DNA of 63,879 nucleotides, the filler included, from Octopus bimaculoides (taxonomy: Eukaryota), in NCBI RefSeq assembly GCF_001194135.2. It is 5 parts of 5 records of this genome, joined end to end, with 100 filler letters (N's around TTAATTAATTAA, not from the genome) between each part and the next. Parts side by side here need not be neighbours in the genome. Positions count along the whole stretch, not along the records: positions 62,643 to 63,879 come from NC_069005.1; 4 more parts are not named here. One strand, written 5' to 3'. Position numbers and translations under genes: made by a program. Below, piece by piece: positions 62,695-63,879 of this stretch. Under the pieces are notes generated by a model. The model did not search any database. It was not told the DNA's origin and was given only the letters and a program-made list of their open reading frames with translations. How positions within the stretch are numbered: position 1 is the stretch's first letter; every line of letters starts with the position of its first letter.

Positions 62695-63613
62695 TACATA
62701 CTCACTAGCATATTATCCACAGGTGCATATGTATCTATATATATATTGCGTATAGACACATATATGTCTGCATATGTTGGTGTGCGCGAGGTGATTGTTT
62801 ATGTATGTTTAGCTGAGTGTTTTTCGGTCTATCTTTTCAATTTATATGTCTTCTCTCTCTCTTTCTCCGTCTCTCCCTGTCTCTCCCTGTCTCTGTTTTC
62901 ATGTCTGCCTGTCTCCACCTCTATCCATCCATCCATCTATCTCTGTCTCTCTGTCTCTCTGTCTCTCTGTCTCTCTGTCTCCCTCTCTCTTTCTCTTTCT
63001 CTGCCTCTATGTATACAAACCGTTGCAGATATTGCCACTTCCTGAAACTATATCATTTTACTCAGCTTCTCTGCTATTATACCCATCACGTTCATTTGTT
63101 TAAGACGTCTACATTGCAGCCTTTGAACGAGTCGCCATGATTGATTCCAGTTATTTCCATAATAATGTTCAATGTGTATACAACTCAAGTGAGATGAGAT
63201 TCAAACAAGATCCTTTTATATTAGATAATATTTGAATCGATATTTTATTGATAAGCTATTGATATTTTCTGGAATGAGGTACTTTTTCCCCCCTTAAACT
63301 CTAGAAAAATTTCTTTCGCATCACGTCTATGTAAAATGAAGAGAGTAACAGCCATAACAGATTTCTATAGCAATGTGTTTGACTTGTATACTTGCCTAAC
63401 TACCTACAAACTCACCTACCTGTCTACCTGTCTACCTGTCTACCTGTCTACCTGCTTACCTGCATACCTGTTTACCTGTCTTACAACCTGTTAACTTGTT
63501 CTGCAGCCTGGTTGTCTTCGTCTGTCTGTCTGTCGTTTTATATAGCTACCATAATGTAACTCCTATTTGCCATCGTTTTCTATCTTCTCACTATTAGTTG
63601 TGTGTGTGTGTAT

Positions 63614-63659
<46 letters not shown>

Positions 63660-63765
63660 TTATGTGGGTACATAGCGTTCCAAAAATCTGTCATTCATTC
63701 ATTAATCCATCCATCCATCCATCCATCCATCCATCCATCCGCCCTTCCATCCATTCATCCACCTG

Positions 63766-63831
<66 letters not shown>

Positions 63832-63879
63832 GGGACCTTTCGACATTGCACGTTCGGTTCGTCAGGGATGCCCCCTGTC

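Noticed and set aside
63831-63870. Minus-strand CUGACGA...GUC-GAAAGGUC hammerhead-like string
   Set aside because: Stem I does not pair (CC opposite CC) and stem II needs an insertion and a bulge; at best a relic.

Overview
AT-rich, gapped (about 10 kb of N), repeat-dense animal genomic DNA. The SINE families and microsatellite load point to a cephalopod, probably Octopus (inference). The only host coding sequence I can support is one 144-nt + strand exon (22614-22757) encoding the C-terminal half of a WIF domain, most like WIF1/Drosophila shifted. Most of the window is therefore probably intronic or flanking DNA. The rest is transposon debris: RTE, R4/Dong and Naiad-type Penelope-like retroelements; two mariners; a long-TIR rosa/DD41D-like element carrying three nested insertions; at least four tRNA-SINE families; MITE-like hairpins; and minisatellites. 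The main unexplained signal is a dense set of minimal type-I hammerhead ribozyme motifs carried by several unrelated short non-coding repeat families. Four have canonical cores and paired stems I-III (one with an extra unpaired base before GAA), three form a tandem core-variant series with stem covariation, and several are degenerate. One of these families appears twice as a head-to-head inverted pair inside a 13-15 bp target duplication. In one case it sandwiches a copy of genomic DNA from 7 kb away, which suggests a ribozyme-bearing Penelope-dependent element that captures neighbouring host sequence. All alignments and folds were done by eye; none was computed.
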